Position numbers and translations under genes: made by a program | The notes under the pieces: model-generated | What the model was told of the DNA's origin: nothing | The model's input: the letters and a program-made list of their open reading frames with translations, nothing else | Databases searched by the model: none | NCBI GenBank assembly: GCA_026393835.1 | Contig: JAPKZK010000038.1 | Coordinates: 185,988-249,987, forward strand | Direction: 5' to 3' | Length of the DNA stretch: 64,000 nucleotides | Source: Candidatus Aminicenantes bacterium | GTDB lineage: Bacteria > Acidobacteriota > Aminicenantia > UBA2199 | Part shown: piece by piece, positions 38,966 to 48,464 of the stretch | Layout of the letters: every line of letters begins with the position of its first letter | How positions within the stretch are numbered: position 1 is the stretch's first letter

Positions 38966-40840
38966 TTACCATTTATAGCCAAAGGAGATTTCAAATATAT
39001 TGGCCTTATAATCATTCAAGCCAAACTTTTTCTCTTTGAAATCCACCAACCGGTATGCCAGTTCTCCTGTTAAACCACCGCAGTAGGTATATCTGAGGAA
39101 AGCTTTTAAGGAAGCGCGGGAAAGTTCCCAGGAACCTTTGTTCCGGTAATAATTAAAGTATCCGCCGAAACTCCAGGCGCTGCCGGGTTCGAAGTAGAGC
39201 GAGGCGTCGATCAGGCTGGATTTTCCTTCATAAAGAATTTCCCAAAGGAAAGAGCCGGCGGCGCCGCCCCATGAGGGCGGATAGAATATGGTACGGTCCG
39301 CTTCCCTGGTAACATCGATGAGGGAATAACCCAGACCGCCTTTTATCATTTTGCCATGCACGCCCAACCGCAGATTCAACTGATCGGAAGTGGCTTTAAA
39401 CAGCGTTACATTGGTTTCATCATTTTCATTGGCGGCGACGCTGCGAAGATAAGAACCCATGGCATAGAATTTTTTAACCTGGTACTTGACGGTCAAACGC
39501 AGCCGCTGGAAATCCGAAGGCGACATCAAGGTAAAGGGATTCTTGTAAGTCCCTAACTGGTAGTCGGCGGTGAAACGGAATGATTTGAACGGGTTCCACT
39601 TCAGGTTGCCGAAGAAACCGGTTCTTTTGGTGATACCGTTTTCCTCCTGGATATCGGTTTGACCGATAATATTCCTGCGTTCGAACCGGGCGCCGGCGGT
39701 TAAATTGAGGGAGGGGTACGGTTGCCACTGGATACCGCCTTCAAGTCCCCCGATTTCGTAATTCAAATCCATGATAGTGGTTTCCTGGTCGATGGTCAGG
39801 GAACCATCTTGTTTAAAATCATTGTAACGGGCGGCCCCGACAAAAGCCAGGCGATCGGTTAAAATGTAGGTAAGGTCCAAATCATAGACGTGGATGTTGC
39901 GGGTAAATTGACCCTGGCCGTCGTGCGAATACATGAACGAATCGCCCAGGTAATCGACGCCCGCGGCTTCTTCGCTGTAGGAAATTTTAGTATCCTGGCT
40001 GGTGACCTGGAAACTGCCCCGGATTTGTAAGTTTTTCATGGGGGCGGCGCTGAACCGGGCGCTGTAGATGCTGCCTTTCATATCATAGGGCTGGCTGAGG
40101 GTGAAATAGTACAACGCGCTGGGATAACCGGCAAACTCGCCGCCGTCGGCATACCCGGGCAAGAAAAGACTGTTGGCATTTTTGTAATCCTGGATCCTAT
40201 CTTCCGCGGCAATGGAAAAATTCTTACTGGAAAAATCCACCCCGAATGTGAAGTCGGAAGATTTCTCATCCACGGGTTTATCGAATTCGAATTCTACCCG
40301 GCCGATATCGTAGGTGGTAGTGCTTTTGCCTTTTTTGGTATAGCGGTTAAAATCCACGTAAGCATGGGCCTTGCTGCCCAGCCAGACTTTCAATCGCCCG
40401 GAGTCGTCGATGCGGTCAAAATCGAAGGTGTGATAATCCCCGGCTTTCAGCATATCGTTGTAGTAAAAAGCGGACTTTCTTCGATCGAATCGGAATTGGT
40501 ATTTGCCATACTTCTCGACGTCGAGGGCAAAAGTTTCGAAAGGATCGCCGCCGAGATTATATATGCTAAGGTCCAGGCGGTCGAAGAAGGATTTCAACTT
40601 TCCCTCCGGCGCAAAGTGCAGGTTAAAGTTAAATAGCCTGGCGCCTTTGTCCAGGTTGATGTCTTCCTTATACTTATCATGGATACCGTTGACATCTACC
40701 ATCCGGTAGCCCACCATGAAGCTGCCGTAGAACTCACCGTTTGTATTTTCGGGTTTTTTCTCTTCGCTCCATAGGGAACCGGCTAATCCATAGAAAAACA
40801 TGAACATGGTTATTAATAAAGCTAATTTGTTTACTCTCAT
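38966..40840 (-). CDS. Outer-membrane beta-barrel, MtrB/PioB-like porin
   Basis: Signal peptide, amphipathic beta pattern, C-terminal ISFGYKW; lies between two multiheme cytochrome genes. Confidence 0.75.
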   Translation of the reverse strand: MRVNKLALLITMFMFFYGLAGSLWSEEKKPENTNGEFYGSFMVGYRMVDVNGIHDKYKEDINLDKGARLFNFNLHFAPEGKLKSFFDRLDLSIYNLGGDPFETFALDVEKYGKYQFRFDRRKSAFYYNDMLKAGDYHTFDFDRIDDSGRLKVWLGSKAHAYVDFNRYTKKGKSTTTYDIGRVEFEFDKPVDEKSSDFTFGVDFSSKNFSIAAEDRIQDYKNANSLFLPGYADGGEFAGYPSALYYFTLSQPYDMKGSIYSARFSAAPMKNLQIRGSFQVTSQDTKISYSEEAAGVDYLGDSFMYSHDGQGQFTRNIHVYDLDLTYILTDRLAFVGAARYNDFKQDGSLTIDQETTIMDLNYEIGGLEGGIQWQPYPSLNLTAGARFERRNIIGQTDIQEENGITKRTGFFGNLKWNPFKSFRFTADYQLGTYKNPFTLMSPSDFQRLRLTVKYQVKKFYAMGSYLRSVAANENDETNVTLFKATSDQLNLRLGVHGKMIKGGLGYSLIDVTREADRTIFYPPSWGGAAGSFLWEILYEGKSSLIDASLYFEPGSAWSFGGYFNYYRNKGSWELSRASLKAFLRYTYCGGLTGELAYRLVDFKEKKFGLNDYKANIFEISFGYKW

Positions 40841-40862
40841 GGTTCGTCTCCTTGTGTTGCTG

Positions 40863-41738
40863 CTATTTTAGAAACAATGGGTCCAGGTTGGACCCATGGA
40901 CGGCGGAATGGCATGCGGCGCAATTGGCGTCGGCGGATTTCAAACCCTGGTGCCATGAAGGAGCGCCGGCATGGCAGCTAAAGCACAATTGGCCGACGGA
41001 CTGGAATTTTAGCATGTGGCGGTTGGGGGAACCATGGACTTCGTGGCAAATGGAGCATCCTTCGATGGCTGATGCTTCATGCTGGAAGATAAACGGGCCG
41101 CCCTTATCGGTGTGGCATTTGAGGCATTCCTGCTGTTTAAAACCGCCCAGTCGTTCGCGGGCAGCCGGTTTATGAGGGTCGTGGCAGGTGGTGCATTCTA
41201 AAATGCCTTCTTTCAGCCGGTGTCGTTCGTTTAAATTGAACTGGGCCATGACATCCGGGTGGCACCCGGCGCAAAGTTTACCGGCGGGGGCTTGCAGCAG
41301 CGCCCGGTTGTGGCCGGTCTTATGGATGCCGTGGCAGTCCGTGCAGGCCATGGACGCTTTGCCGTGGGGGCCGGACATATACTGCACACAGGTGTCCTGG
41401 TGGCAGGTTAAACACTTTTTTGCGCCCTGGAGAGCGGTATTTTTATCTTTGAGCGCCAGGATCGAGCCTTTTTCCCCTCCGGTATCGATATGTTTGGCGG
41501 CGTCGCCGTGGCAATCGGTGCAAACCGCTTTGCCTGCGAAATGCGGACCGGTTTTAAACGCCGTTGCCACGTCTTCGTGGCATTCGCTGCAAACTTCGAT
41601 GCCGGCGGTGTTTTTCTCATTCTCTGCCGCTGTAATACCGGTTATAAGTCCTGTAAAACCAAAAACAAAAACAACTATTCCCAATAGCCCCAAATAGCGG
41701 GGTATGGGCAACTTTTCGCTTCTTTTTTTCGTTGCCAA
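40863..41738 (-). CDS. Decaheme cytochrome c, DmsE/MtrA family
   Basis: 10 CxxCH motifs, GPFIFQH, CHEVHGS, CHSAVHGSN; TTG start after AAGGAGG. Confidence 0.92.
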   Translation of the reverse strand: MATKKRSEKLPIPRYLGLLGIVVFVFGFTGLITGITAAENEKNTAGIEVCSECHEDVATAFKTGPHFAGKAVCTDCHGDAAKHIDTGGEKGSILALKDKNTALQGAKKCLTCHQDTCVQYMSGPHGKASMACTDCHGIHKTGHNRALLQAPAGKLCAGCHPDVMAQFNLNERHRLKEGILECTTCHDPHKPAARERLGGFKQQECLKCHTDKGGPFIFQHEASAIEGCSICHEVHGSPNRHMLKFQSVGQLCFSCHAGAPSWHQGLKSADANCAACHSAVHGSNLDPLFLK

Positions 41739-41787
41739 GTGGTACCTCCTTGTTTTAAAATATATAATATACTTCATCTGCTTTAAT

Positions 41788-41803
41788 AGCAAAACCTGTG
41801 CCA
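41788..41803 (-). promoter_or_regulatory. Sigma54 -24/-12 promoter
   Basis: TGGCAC-AGGTT-TTGCT, 50 bp upstream of the decaheme start. Confidence 0.85.
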
Positions 41804-41981
41804 GTAATCGTTTAAAAACCGGGGACTTTAGGGGTAAAAAATCATTAAAAGCTTTAGGAAGTCAAGAAACCCTTTCTCGAAAGGGTTTCTTGCCGCCGGG
41901 GGCAATTGGCCTACCCCCCATTATATCATTACAGGAACTTAAACATAGTAAGATTTTGAATACCCTGGACAAAAAAAGGTG

Positions 41982-41997
41982 TGTTCAATTTTGAACA
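41982..41997. promoter_or_regulatory. Putative enhancer (UAS) palindrome
   Basis: TGTTCAATTTTGAACA (TGT-N10-ACA), ~180 bp upstream of the sigma54 site. Confidence 0.6.
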
Positions 41998-42054
41998 ACC
42001 GTTCGGAACAGTGCGCATGAAATTGAACGGGGGGCAAAATCGCGCAGGAAAGCA

Positions 42055-42423
42055 TTAAGAGTTGTGGGAGTTTTTAGCTAATTCCAGGAGTGCGGCGATT
42101 ATTTCCACGATATTTAGGGGTTTCCGGAAGAAGGCATAAGCCCCGGCGTTGCGGGAGCTGGTTTCGATATCGTCGGTGGGATCCCCGGTGACGACGATAA
42201 CCGGGGTATTATTTTTATTACCGTGGATTTTTTTAATCACATCGTCGCCCTTCATGGCCCGGAAATGGTAATCGGTAATCACCACATCGGTATTGGAGGG
42301 ATCATAGTCGCGGAGGGCCTGTTCCGGCGCTGAAAAAACCCGGACATTAAACCCGTTGAGGCGTAAAGCGGCATTCAAACTATCCAGGCATTCCAGGTCG
42401 TCGTCGATCAACATGATATTCAT
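42055..42423 (-). CDS. Stand-alone response regulator receiver
   Basis: MLIDDD, VITD, VVTG, FFRKP. Confidence 0.88.
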   Translation of the reverse strand: MNIMLIDDDLECLDSLNAALRLNGFNVRVFSAPEQALRDYDPSNTDVVITDYHFRAMKGDDVIKKIHGNKNNTPVIVVTGDPTDDIETSSRNAGAYAFFRKPLNIVEIIAALLELAKNSHNS

Positions 42424-42557
42424 ATTCGGTTTCCTTTGATTCATGAGCAAATTTATTGCCAGGAAAGCACCGGATCATTCGCCTGTTTATTTTCCCCGTT
42501 ACATTTTTCCAGGGAGTCGGATTTTACATTCACGCAGTTTTCTGTTAAAATGATCTG

Positions 42558-43574
42558 ATGAAATCTCTTAAAGAATTTAAATATTGGATTAGGGGTCGGG
42601 AATTTCTCGGCGTCGAATATCCCATTATCTGCGGGGCCATGACCTGGATCAGCGATTCGAAGCTGGTTAAAGCCGTAAGCGATGCCGGTGGATTGGGCGT
42701 CCTGGCCGGGGGCAATATGCCCGGGGAATTCCTTGCGCAAGAAATAAAAACTCTAAAGGACCAAAAAATCAACTACGCCGTTAACCTAATCACCATCGCC
42801 CCCAATTACCGGGAACATTTAAAAGTCGTCAGCCGCCTGGAAGTCCCCATGGTTTTCTTTGCCGGCAGTTTCCCGCGCAAAGAGGAAGTAAAAGCCGCCA
42901 AAGACAGCGGGGCCAGGGCCATTTGTTTCGCCTCCACCGACTCCATTGCCGGCCGCATGATCGATTACGGCGCCGATGCACTGGTGCTGGAAGGCAGCGA
43001 GGCCGGCGGCCATATCGGCCATGTATCCACCATGGTGCTGATTCAACAGGTATTGTTTGCTTTCCCGGGTATCCCCATATTCGTGGCCGGCGGCATTGCC
43101 ACCGGCAAGATGATCGCCCACCTCTTCCTTATGGGCGCCGCCGGGGTCCAGATGGGCACTATTTTTGCCATGGCCGAAGAGAGCCCGGCCCACCCCAATT
43201 TCAAAGAACGGTTTAAAAAAGCCCGCGCCAGGGAAGCTTTCGCTACCCCTCAATACGACTCAACACTGCCGGTAGTGGCGGTGCGCGCATTGAAAAATAA
43301 AGGCACCGACGAATTCGGCAAACTCCAGCTTACCCTGCTGGAAAAATTGGGCAAAAACGAAATCTCACGGGTGGACGCGCAATATAAAGTGGAAGAATAC
43401 TGGTCCGGCGCCCTAAGGCGCGCGGTCCAGGATGGCGATATCGAATACGGTTCCTTAATGGCCGGTCAAAGCGTGGGCCTGGTAAACGAAATTAAAAGCG
43501 TCAAACAAATTATCCACGACCTGGTGGCCGACGCTGAAAAAGAATTCAACTATGTTCAAGAATTAACAATTTAA
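42558..43574 (+). CDS. FabK-like enoyl-ACP reductase / nitronate monooxygenase family
   Basis: YPIICGAMTW, EGSEAGGHIG, VAGGIATG, GVQMGT, MAGQSVGL. Confidence 0.85.
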   Translation: MKSLKEFKYWIRGREFLGVEYPIICGAMTWISDSKLVKAVSDAGGLGVLAGGNMPGEFLAQEIKTLKDQKINYAVNLITIAPNYREHLKVVSRLEVPMVFFAGSFPRKEEVKAAKDSGARAICFASTDSIAGRMIDYGADALVLEGSEAGGHIGHVSTMVLIQQVLFAFPGIPIFVAGGIATGKMIAHLFLMGAAGVQMGTIFAMAEESPAHPNFKERFKKARAREAFATPQYDSTLPVVAVRALKNKGTDEFGKLQLTLLEKLGKNEISRVDAQYKVEEYWSGALRRAVQDGDIEYGSLMAGQSVGLVNEIKSVKQIIHDLVADAEKEFNYVQELTI

Positions 43575-43661
43575 AATAGTGTAGAGGAATGAAATGAATA
43601 GAGTAAAACAATACATGCGGGGTCCGCGGATCGAAATTCGAATCCCCGGTAGTGAATTAAG

Positions 43662-44201
43662 ATGCTGCAAGAGTTGATATTTTCAGGCATCGGAGGCCAG
43701 GGGGCCCAATCCATAGGAAAACTCCTGGCCAATGCCGCCAACAAAGAAGGAAAAGAAGTCATGTGGAGGCCCGCCTTTAGGGGGCAGATGAGGGGTGGGA
43801 TTTCCAACTGTATTATCAGCATATGCGACGGACCCATTACGTCCCCTATTTCAAATCGATATGACGCGGCGATAGTCCTAAATGGGCCTGCCCTGAAACA
43901 TTATGAGCAGTTGGTAAAAGCGGGCGGCATCCTGGTATGGGAATGCACCAATACCAGGGAAGCGGTAACCCGGGATGATATTCGGATATATGCTTTACCT
44001 GCTTATCAAAAGGCCACGGTGGATCTAAAAAATGCAAAAGTGATGAATATGATTATGTTAGGGGCATTGCTTAAAATCTATCCCCTGGTGCAAATAGAGA
44101 CAGTAATAGCGGAATTGAAAGAAACGATTCCCGCCAGGCACCATGATTTGCTGCAATTGGATGAACAAGCCATCGAATTGGGCATGAGCCTGATCCCGTA
44201 A
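43662..44201 (+). CDS. 2-oxoacid:acceptor oxidoreductase gamma subunit family
   Basis: SGIGGQG, MRGG, NMIMLGA. Confidence 0.85.
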   Translation: MLQELIFSGIGGQGAQSIGKLLANAANKEGKEVMWRPAFRGQMRGGISNCIISICDGPITSPISNRYDAAIVLNGPALKHYEQLVKAGGILVWECTNTREAVTRDDIRIYALPAYQKATVDLKNAKVMNMIMLGALLKIYPLVQIETVIAELKETIPARHHDLLQLDEQAIELGMSLIP

Positions 44202-44296
44202 CCCCCTATTTTTTAAGCGGGCAGCAGGGATAAAATGTGGATGGAGTCAAGGCATAACCATGGACCGTGGGGGGGCAAAAAGACGTTACGGTTCCT

Positions 44297-45463
44297 TCAA
44301 TCCCACAAGTGGGAATATTTATGGCCGCTGCCGGTATTAAAGAGGACAACCGTTTCGCCGGCCGTGATCCAGCCCTGCCGGAACAGGTGTATAAAACCGG
44401 TTAACGCCGCCGCCCCTTCGGGCGCCGCAAAGATTCCCTCGGTGCGACCCAATAAGTAAGAAGTTTCCATGATTTCCTCATCCGGGACCGCCACTGCCGC
44501 GCCGTTACTTTCACGCAGGGCGCGTAAGATCAAGAAATCTCCCACTGCCGCCGGGACCCTTAACCCGTCCGCGATGGTGCGGGCGTTTTGCCACATTTCA
44601 GCGAAATCCTTGCCCTCCCGGAACGCCCTGACCATCGGCGCACAGCCCGCGGCCTGGACAGTGACCATACGGGGCCGTTTGGAGTCGATCCAGCCCAGTT
44701 TTTCCATTTCCTCAAACGCTTTCCACATCCCCACCAGGCCCGTGCCGCCGCCGGTGGGATAGATTATTACATCCGGCAATGTCCAGTTCATTTGCTCGGC
44801 CAGTTCTAAGCCCATGGTTTTTTTGCCTTCGATACGGTAAGGTTCTTTAAGGGTTGAAACATCGAATCGACCGTATTTTTTCACCCCTTCGGCCGCGGCT
44901 TTTCCGCAGTCGGTGATAAGACCTTCGATGAGGGTTACCGAAGCGCCCAGGACGCGGCATTCGTTAATAAAAGGTTTGGGTACATCCCTGGGCATAAACA
45001 CGTGGGCTTCCATCCCGCCCAGGGCGGCATACGCACTCAATGCGCCGCCCGCATTGCCGGCGGTGGGTATGGAAACAGAGGTTATGCCCAGTTCCTTTGC
45101 CCGCGATATGGCCGCACTCAATCCCCGTGCTTTAAAAGAACCGGTGGGATTTAAACCTTCATCTTTTATATAAAGATTTGCAAATCCTAATTCTTTTCCA
45201 AATCGCCGGGCGTGGTGCAAGGGGGTAAACCCTTCCCCCAGGGTCAGGATATTGGCCGGGTCGCTGACCGGCAGCAATTCTTGATAACGCCACATATTGG
45301 GCTCTCTCCGGCTGATGATACCGGGGTTAACCGCCCCCTTTACCGCTTCCAGGTCATACCGGGCCAGTAAGGGTTTGCCGCATTTGGGACATAGGTTCCA
45401 GACCTTTTGCGCAGCCAATATTTCGCCGCACATGCCGCATTCAAGATGAGTTAGAAAATTCAT
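44297..45463 (-). CDS. thrC: Threonine synthase
   Basis: LGEGFTP, NPTGSFKARG, TAGNAG, EGKKTMG, PTGGG; start reassigned to MNFLTHLEC. Confidence 0.9.
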   Translation of the reverse strand: MNFLTHLECGMCGEILAAQKVWNLCPKCGKPLLARYDLEAVKGAVNPGIISRREPNMWRYQELLPVSDPANILTLGEGFTPLHHARRFGKELGFANLYIKDEGLNPTGSFKARGLSAAISRAKELGITSVSIPTAGNAGGALSAYAALGGMEAHVFMPRDVPKPFINECRVLGASVTLIEGLITDCGKAAAEGVKKYGRFDVSTLKEPYRIEGKKTMGLELAEQMNWTLPDVIIYPTGGGTGLVGMWKAFEEMEKLGWIDSKRPRMVTVQAAGCAPMVRAFREGKDFAEMWQNARTIADGLRVPAAVGDFLILRALRESNGAAVAVPDEEIMETSYLLGRTEGIFAAPEGAAALTGFIHLFRQGWITAGETVVLFNTGSGHKYSHLWD

Positions 45464-45479
45464 TTTTTGTCTCCTTTTC

Positions 45480-47210
45480 TCATAATAGCGGGACATTCTC
45501 AATCCAAATCTTCGTATTGGGCGTCCCGGGAAAACCACCGGTTGCATGAATATCCGTTCCGGCATCCGTTGCCATCCGGTGCCGGATCTTAAAATAATGC
45601 AGCCGCTCATGCACAGTTAAATAAAAAACATCCGGGACCACCGCTAAAATCTTTTGGGTCTGCCGGGTCTCTTCCGATAATGCCGCCATCTGCCGCTTAA
45701 ATTGCCGGTTCACGCCGAGGGTATACCCCGTATGCTCGATCATCACCATCATACAGTTTAACAGCAGCAGCGACAACACCAAACCCCTGCCATATTTCCA
45801 ACGCTTCCCGGGTAAATAATATAAGGAAACGATAAAAGTTATCGGCAGGAGCCATAATTGGGGAGATAACCTGGCCCACCATGCTTCAGGATTGATTAAT
45901 GTCAAAACCGCTGTCAAACCGACAGTAATAAAACAGAACCATTTCACCAACCGTTTTGCTTTAACTAAAACAACCAATGCGCCCGGGATGACCAACAGTA
46001 AAATAGAACCGAATAAAGGCCCAAACCCACCGTACCTGGCGTCAGCCACATCGAACGCTGCCAGTTCATTCTCATGAATAGTAAAAGGAATTTTTAACCG
46101 CGGCATATGGGTTAAATTGCTGTCAGACCTGGAAAACAGGGAATAAAATAATTTCCGGAAACGGTCTTTTGTCATAAAATCCGCTGGCGCCTGGCGGCCG
46201 ATAACGGTTTCAACAAGAGTTTTCCCGGTTCCGCCTGGGCGCAGGGCAGGATAGAACGGATTCCCTTTGGACGCCAGGTTTGTTATATAAGGTTGGAATC
46301 CGATAATAAAAACTGCCGCCAAAAAAGCCGCCCCCATGGTGAAAATGAACCGGCGCTGCACATCCCTATCCAAAATAAATACTACCAGCCAGGCCAGGCA
46401 TATAATGACAGCCCCGTAAATCAACCCGGTGAATTTAATATTGCTTAATACCGGCAGGGTTATAAATAAAAAAAACAGGGCTTTTTCCTCTCTAAACAAA
46501 ATGTACTCGAAAGCCAGGATAAGGGTTATGGAAAGCAGCGAAGCCAATTGACAGTCATTATAATAACTAAACACTTGATAAAGAACCACCGGGTTCAATG
46601 CGGTCACTGCCGCAATGACCAATTTCGCTTGCCCAGGGATACGCCCGAAATGAAATAGAAAATTCCAGGTAATTAAAAATGCTGCCGCCATGTACAGGAA
46701 GTTAAACAGTTTCCCGGATTCGACGGAACCGGTCAGCCGATAAACAGCGGCGGCGGTTATCCAGGGGGCTTTGGTATAATGATCGACGTACATTTCATTC
46801 CCGGCCATGGCCTGTTTATAAAATGGCTCATACTTCTCTATATAGGGTTCATGGAAGGGATTCCAACCTTTTGCCAGGGCGATAACCGCGGGTTGATGAT
46901 AGGCTTGCCCGTCCTGGGAAAAATCGTAAACAGACATGCTGATGAGCAGGCTAACAAGAAGAAGAATAAAAAACACCGCCGTTACTTTCCAATAATCGCT
47001 GGTTTTAAAATATCCCGGGCTTTTGAAATACCGATGTTTCTTAAAGAGCAGGAAAGATATACCCACGGCGGCTGCCAGCGACGCTAAAAAATGAGCGCCG
47101 GTAATGGGAATGGTTAAGAAGAAAAGCAAGGTCGAAATAGACGTCAATATGACCGGCAGCAGTAACACCTGGAGCGCCAATAGTCGGGCGTAGTAATTTT
47201 TTTCAGTCAT
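45480..47210 (-). CDS. Polytopic membrane protein, GT-C glycosyltransferase-like
   Basis: Many TM helices; DGQAYH, KFTG, GNPFYP, WWAR motifs. Confidence 0.65.
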   Translation of the reverse strand: MTEKNYYARLLALQVLLLPVILTSISTLLFFLTIPITGAHFLASLAAAVGISFLLFKKHRYFKSPGYFKTSDYWKVTAVFFILLLVSLLISMSVYDFSQDGQAYHQPAVIALAKGWNPFHEPYIEKYEPFYKQAMAGNEMYVDHYTKAPWITAAAVYRLTGSVESGKLFNFLYMAAAFLITWNFLFHFGRIPGQAKLVIAAVTALNPVVLYQVFSYYNDCQLASLLSITLILAFEYILFREEKALFFLFITLPVLSNIKFTGLIYGAVIICLAWLVVFILDRDVQRRFIFTMGAAFLAAVFIIGFQPYITNLASKGNPFYPALRPGGTGKTLVETVIGRQAPADFMTKDRFRKLFYSLFSRSDSNLTHMPRLKIPFTIHENELAAFDVADARYGGFGPLFGSILLLVIPGALVVLVKAKRLVKWFCFITVGLTAVLTLINPEAWWARLSPQLWLLPITFIVSLYYLPGKRWKYGRGLVLSLLLLNCMMVMIEHTGYTLGVNRQFKRQMAALSEETRQTQKILAVVPDVFYLTVHERLHYFKIRHRMATDAGTDIHATGGFPGTPNTKIWIENVPLL

Positions 47211-47673
47211 TTCCGAATTTCGTTGAGTCCCGGCGGAATTCGTAACGTACGATAAATTTCGCTTTGGAACTTTGGGCGGCGATTTTAAACCCGGCGCTTT
47301 CGTGGGCGGTTGTTAATGGTTTACAAGTCAAATTCAATTTGCTTTCACTCATGATTATACACTGCTTAAATCCTTTTGGATGGGGAAATATTATAAATGA
47401 AAATAGGGAATTATTCAACTGAAATGCAGGGAATTCCGCTTAAAATTGCCGTGTCAAAAAGATCCCCTGGTGGATTTTTACGTTTACCGGGATGTCCATT
47501 GGGCTGAAAAGCGGCAACCCGCACGGTGAAGCGCCGGGTACGAAGTCAGTCCGATGGGGCCTGCCCTTGCTTTTTCAATTTTTTATTTGAAAAAAACTTC
47601 GGAATGTAATACAATATATCCCTCAAACTGTTTGGTAAGTCTGAGAAATGTATAAAGTTACCAGGAGTAAAGC

Positions 47674-48021
47674 ATGAAATCGTTTTATATAAGGTCTAAA
47701 CTGCAAGAAGACACAGCAGTGCTTTATCCCAAAGGGCACCTGGATGCACATAATGTCGATCGCTTCGAAAAGGAAATGGTAAAACTGATCGCAAGCAAGG
47801 TCGTCAATATCATTATCAATTGCAAAGAACTGAATTACATCAGCTCCGCCGGGATGGGCATTATTATGGGGTACCTGGATGAAATCAGAGAAAAAGGAGG
47901 CGATATTAAGCTTTGCTGTGTGGACGAAAGAGTTTATGAGATATTCGACCTTGTCGGCTTTACTGAAATTTATGATTTTCTGGATTCCGAAGAAACCGCG
48001 GTTACTAAGTTTAAAGTTTAA
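47674..48021 (+). CDS. STAS-domain anti-sigma factor antagonist (RsbV-like)
   Basis: GHLDAHN, YISSAGMG phospho-serine motif. Confidence 0.92.
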   Translation: MKSFYIRSKLQEDTAVLYPKGHLDAHNVDRFEKEMVKLIASKVVNIIINCKELNYISSAGMGIIMGYLDEIREKGGDIKLCCVDERVYEIFDLVGFTEIYDFLDSEETAVTKFKV

Positions 48022-48023
48022 AA

Positions 48024-48464
48024 ATGTTCCCTGAAAAACCCGAATTATCGATTGCTATCCCGTCAACTACCGAATTGTTGAAAATGGTGGTGGAACTGTC
48101 GCGCCATATTGCCACCATCAATCAATTTTCTCCCCTGGAAGCCCAAAAAATCGCCCTGGCCATCGATGAAGCAATCACCAATGTGATCAAACATTCCTAC
48201 AAAGGTAAAATGACCGAAGACATCAAACTGGAGTTCTATACCTCCCCGGACGGCCTGAAAATAAAAATCGTCTTTACGGGTGTTCCCCCGGTCCTCGGCC
48301 AACCGGGCGTCGACCTGGATAAATTTATCAAAGAAAAGAAAAAAGGCGGCCTGGGCGTCGAACTGATCAGGCGCATCATGGATTCGGTTCAATATAAAAC
48401 CGTGGGAAATATCAATACATGCGAAATGATCAAATTGAAGAAACTGCAAAAATTACCAGCCTGA
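48024..48464 (+). CDS. Anti-sigma factor Ser kinase (RsbW-like)
   Basis: LAIDEAITNVIKHSY, GGLGVELIRRIMD. Confidence 0.9.
   Translation: MFPEKPELSIAIPSTTELLKMVVELSRHIATINQFSPLEAQKIALAIDEAITNVIKHSYKGKMTEDIKLEFYTSPDGLKIKIVFTGVPPVLGQPGVDLDKFIKEKKKGGLGVELIRRIMDSVQYKTVGNINTCEMIKLKKLQKLPA

Noticed and set aside
47401-47575. Confident cobalamin riboswitch or 6S RNA call
   Set aside because: The B12-box GCCACTG/GGGAAG elements are missing and the 6S match is only superficial; kept as an unclassified candidate.
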